Positions 59,419 to 64,000 of a stretch of DNA of 64,000 nucleotides are shown one piece after another. The stretch's first letter is position 1. Each line of letters opens with the position of its first letter. Location: NCBI GenBank assembly GCA_900617105.1, contig UYFQ01000829.1, positions 1-64,000 of the forward strand, in the 5' to 3' direction. A program made the translations under genes and the position numbers. The notes beneath the pieces are model-generated. The model did no database searches and was not told the DNA's origin. It was given only the letters and a program-made list of their open reading frames with translations. This DNA is from Hydrurus foetidus. Its lineage: Eukaryota.

Positions 59419-59783
59419 TGTCGGAATAACTGTGTGTTAAGTAACCGTATAAGTTACTACGTATGTACATTTGATGACGTTTCATCGTCTGTGCCGTGTG
59501 GGGGTCGCTACTCCACCGGTCCAAGTTCCCTTTAACCCAGGAACATCAAAAGGAATGAAAGTACACCATGTTTGACTGTGCGGGACAGCGCGATCTTTTC
59601 GCCTGTCTCCATGAACAATGTAAGACACGTTGCATTGTTAATTACCTTAAACCTCACACCAGCACAGCTTTCTTCTCGAGCCGAGTCAGCTGCTAGCGGA
59701 GGTGTTGAAGTTGCAGAAGAAGATCGTACGCAGGAGGGATCTAGTAGACCATTCAGTGAGACTGAAGTCCAAGACTTACGACA
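59419..59783 (+). repeat. Copia-2 5' LTR (365 bp)
   Basis: TGTCGGAATAAC...TTACGACA. Confidence 0.93.
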
Positions 59784-59808
59784 TAATTAACAAAATATCT
59801 CAGACACC

Positions 59809-60929
59809 ATGAGTGCCCGAGGAAGAGGCAGAAACAACAATCCCGCTGGTGGGCGAGCAAACCCTGCCAACGGCGGCAGAGGTAACGCCGGCCGCGGCGG
59901 TACGAGGCCACCTCCTCGAACTGGAACGAAGCCAGAAATTGGCGCTTTCCTGGACCTGGGAAAAGAAATGAACCACGGTAGCGTAAGCGCGTGGATGAGA
60001 AAGTTCAGAGAGTATACCAGAACTAACTACAAATCGGAGATCAGCGAGATATTCGGCACTGAAGGAATACCTGGGAGTATCCGGAGTTTGAACCCCCAGA
60101 GGACATCGCAGCAAACGCTGGATTCATGGAATCCACAAGATGGAAAAGAGCATTAGAGCTCTCTGACAGCAAAGTGGAAAGGCTACGAGAGGACAAAGCA
60201 CAAGTCTTCGGACTCATGCTAGGGCAAGTCAGCGAGCAGTCAAAATCCACTATACGGGAAACTGAAAGCGGGGCTACCGCAATGTTAGAGGAAGACCCAC
60301 TGCTGCTACTAAGAGCGATTATCTTGACCCACCTTTCAGACCCACGTCTAGGTGCAGATCAGAACCTGCTGCGAGTACGTATGGCGTATGAGACTGTTCG
60401 GATGGAACCAAACGACCTACTGAAGTACTACTACCAACGCTTCAAAGCGTTGAAGACTGGCTATGAAGATACAATGCGATCACTAGAAGTGATGCCGGAG
60501 TACAACGAAGCTATGATAGCGCACAACGATACGCTTACAGCTATGAAGTTTATGAACGGTTTGAATGCCGGTTATAAACACTATGTGGAATATTATGAAC
60601 ATAGGTTGAAAGATTGGCCGGACACGTTAGAGGACGCGTACCTCGAGATGGCCAAGGTCACCCCCAAGAGACCTTCGGGGGCGTCCCCACCCGGCCAGAC
60701 AAATGTGTTCGCAACAAAATCAGTAGCTGGTGAGAAAACAGCCGGTACTGGGAGTGAGAAGGGAAAACCTAATGGGAACGGGGGCAGAGGGAGGGGTGGA
60801 CGTACGGGGTACGGCACCCGTCCCGGGAATTGTAACAAATGCAAAGAGCCCGGACACTACTCATACGAGTGCACGGCCCAGGAGAGCCAAGCGGCTGCAT
60901 CAGCAGCCAGTGGAAAATCGGTAAACTAA
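59809..60929 (+). pseudogene. gag: Copia-2 gag, one frameshift near 60075
   Basis: IGAFLDLGKEMNHGSVSAWMRKFREY is identical to Copia-1; knuckle CNKCKEPGHYSYEC. Confidence 0.9.
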
Positions 60930-62816
60930 GCAAGATACATTATTCCTCACCTGTACAATCACCCACACTTACACCTATACATACACCTGCACTTACATTC
61001 ACACATACACCCGTACATACACACACCGATCCTCCATGTTTGGCTGATTCCACTAGCGGAATTGAAACATGTGATCATATTGTTTTTAGTGTCAACACAT
61101 GTAATATATATCATGCGATTAGAGTAAGACACATCCTGCTTGACACATGTGCTGGTGAGTCGGTATTCAACGACTCATCCCTGCTGTATAATGTCGAACA
61201 CGCACCCACACCTATGATTGTTAGCGGGGTGAATCCGAAAGGAAAACCGCTGATAATCAAGAAACGTGGGGTGTCGGCGTTCGGCAATGTTTATTATAGC
61301 CCTGACTGTGCTGGTAATATACTATCCTTTGGTAATGCTGTACGTGACTGTCCTGATGTTAAGTACTTACATGAGTACGATTGTTATATAGTACAGGATG
61401 TCAGTGGAAAATATTTTTATAGATTTTCACGTGATGAGACTATGAATATTTACCAGTGTAACCTTGACACAATGGTAACAGAGTGTATGCCAATGTTAGT
61501 TACTACAGTAGACGAGAGAAAAAAGAAATATACAGTAAGAGAGGTCAGAGACGCGTCGTTAGCCAGAGACTACCAGCGTAGATTAGGATACGCTAGCGCA
61601 GCACAAACTATTAAGTTGATATCCCAAGGGAATTTGACTAACAGCAAAGTGACTGCGCGAGACGTACATAGAGCAATTGACATATGGGGATCTGACGTGG
61701 GATCCCTTAAGGGGAAGACCACTAGTCACCAAGCTAAGATAGAAGAGAAACTTCCAGTGACAGGAAGAGAACACGAAACAGAACAGATAATGTATATAGA
61801 TATTATGTTTGTTAATCAGATACCTTACCTAGTCACAGTTGTGCAGCCAATCGAGTTTCTATTTGTAAGTAAATTAGCAAAGAGAGATGAGAAAACATTA
61901 TAAAACAGTCTAAAGACAGCTATAGCTAGCATGACAAAGTATAATTTCAGAATAAAATGATTCAAGTTGACGGTGAAGGCGGTATAAATACAGAATGGTT
62001 CCATAACAAAGTCGGTTTAAGAGGAATTGTATTAGACACGACTGGAGCTGAGGAAACCGTAGCCGTAGTGGAGCGTAAGATTAGGCATATTAATGAAAGA
62101 GTCAGATCAGTTGTTAATACGCTACCATTCGATTTAAGTGAGAAGCTCGAAGTGTGGTTAGTTAAGTATGCAGTCAGTAGAATTGTATTAGCTCCCACAC
62201 GTAACTCTAACAATCACATCAGCCCACGAGAGAAACTTAGTGGTGGAAAGATTGATGTAGATAAAGAGATTAAACATGGCTTCGGTGACTATGTGCAAGT
62301 GCATAATGATGTTATCGATAATTCCACTAAACCAAGAACTTCCGGGGCCATAGCACTTATGAGCTCCGGTAATCTAGAAGGTTCATGGTATTACATGCTG
62401 CTTGCCAATGAACAGATAGTTAAGAGAACTAAGGCTACTGTTCTACCCATGCCCAATGAAGTAATGTTGCATTTGAATAAACTTGCTTTGAACAGAAAAA
62501 CTGCCAATGTTAAGTCACCTGTATTTGAGAATAGCCAAACAGTTTTCGATGATGATGACGATGTTGAAGATGACAATGATTACATTGGTGATGTCGAATA
62601 CGAAATTGTCGATGAAAATGCTAACGCAGATTACACCGATCAAATAATTGAAGATGACGATCACAATGATAATGAAACACATCTTGAATCACAACTCGAT
62701 ATGTCTGATGAAAATCACCCACCCACATTAGATGAGTATGTAGACGACACACTATATGTGAACGACACTGTGTATGATAATGACGAACCCTATTATGTTG
62801 ACACACATGACACCAC
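60920..62816 (+). pseudogene. pol: Copia-2 pol (protease-integrase); stop at 61901-61903, frameshift near 61955, truncated by insertion
   Basis: LLDTCA, LKGKTT, YIDIMFV, VDGEG, VERKIR. Confidence 0.9.
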
Positions 62817-64000
62817 TGTAAGACTAAATACAAGATGTCACCTTCTAGCGTTCGCAGCGAAGGTGGAGAAGCAGCTGCAGGCTACTGTCTCAATTCAGTG
62901 AGCTATCGAGTAGACGAAGCTGTGAAGTACAACGATTCAATGTTTTGAATCGGTGTATTAATACCAATGTCATTATCATCGATGTCGGATTTGTTATTTG
63001 TATCTCTAATTGGTGTTGGATCAAACGGTATATTCTGTTTTGTTGATTTGATATTAGTCGATCCAGATTTATTAACAATTTTGTTATTGTTAATCACATT
63101 TGGATGTATTTTCGCTGGAATAGGATTTTCAGGGGTTCGATTCTGAATAATGCAAGGTATTACAGATACAGGGTGTATTGGAATAGCTGGAGTTGCTAGT
63201 TGTTGTTCAGAATCTTTTTCAACTACCTTGTTAGCTGGTAGGACTGCAGAGATATCGTTATTGATATTCTGGTGTAAATTAGAAAAGTCAAGATCGGATG
63301 GGTACTCGTCCGTGTAATTATAATTATTGTCTTTGTCGAAAATGACGTCCTTACTTGTCCTAATTTTGCCGAAGATTCCGGTTGGTAGTATTTCGATGAC
63401 CTTAAAACAAGGCTCGAGCGTTCTCGATAAATCGTAACCAACGAATCTGGCTTTGTATGCACGAGGAAAACCGATTTTTCCTTTCCTATCTTCAAGCGCG
63501 ATGTGAACCCAACATAAGCTCCAAAAGGCCTTGAGGTTCTTGAGGATTACATGCTTTCCAGTGATGAGATGATACGGTGATGTCTTGATTGCTGAATGGT
63601 AATTGAATGCATGGGTGATGCATGTATACTCAAAGGCAAGATCCCAGAACTTCTGTGGTACTGACATCCCTAAAGGTTGCATGGTGATGTTGCACTTCAT
63701 CGATAAGACGCCTACTGCACGTTCTGCGATTCCATTTGCATGTTTGTCGCGAGGTGGTGTTGGCTCAAGTCGATATCCGAAGTTGTGAAGGCATTGAAGG
63801 AATTCAGCTGACCGATAAGATTTCTCTGCATCGGCTCTGATGAATCGGTCTACGCCTGGAAGCGAGGGCTTCCACTCAGGATGTGATTGGAAGAGGGTGG
63901 AGAAGCTTTTGACAAGTTCTGCAGCTCCCCGGTCTTTCGTGAAGCATGGATAACTTCGTCTTGTAGATAAGTCCGTGATGATATCGCAGTACTTATAACC
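62817..64000 (-). mobile_element. Copia-3: unrelated Ty1/Copia element (integrase region) nested in Copia-2; appears to lack RT/RNase H
   Basis: Minus-strand frame IITDLSTRR...IRADAEKSY...HANGIAERAVG...PQKFWDLA...SPYHLITG...FVGYD...RTSKDVIFD. The frame ends at 62903, only about 85 bp from a terminal ...TTACA at 62817. Confidence 0.8.

Larger units (their letters stand above)
59419..62816 (+). mobile_element. Copia-2: relative of Copia-1, 5' part, interrupted at 62817 by another element
   Basis: 5' LTR 59419-59783 is homologous to the Copia-1 LTR; gag and PR-IN are highly similar to Copia-1. Confidence 0.95.

Overview
Eukaryotic nuclear DNA with spliceosomal GT-AG introns. The gene and TE content suggests a stramenopile-like protist, but that is inference. 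The window has three zones. (1) 1-20464 is a nested TE stack. A PIF/Harbinger-type element is interrupted by two LTR elements: one partial, and one chromodomain Gypsy. A Ty1/Copia element sits at its terminus and is itself interrupted by a second chromodomain Gypsy. (2) 20465-45508 holds host genes: a degenerate surface-protein gene, two paralogous small ORFs, an FYV7/TAP26-like gene, a 28S rDNA fragment and a large multi-exon VPS13. (3) 45600-64000 has three DNA transposons nested inside each other between VPS13 and DIM1. The middle one carries a pogo-like transposase and a foreign-looking two-gene fragment with a divergent RNA polymerase beta/RPB2 C-terminus. DIM1, a Na+/H+ exchanger and two more Copia elements follow. 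The most striking pattern is that none of the five visible 5' LTRs is followed by a tRNA-type primer-binding site. Both Copia relatives have a PBS that is the reverse complement of a 10-11 nt segment inside their own LTR, as in Tf1-like self-priming. The three Gypsy-type LTRs are each followed immediately by a different perfect 10-bp palindrome. The Copia pair also conserves a candidate -1 frameshift site (G_GUA_AAC) at the gag/pol junction.
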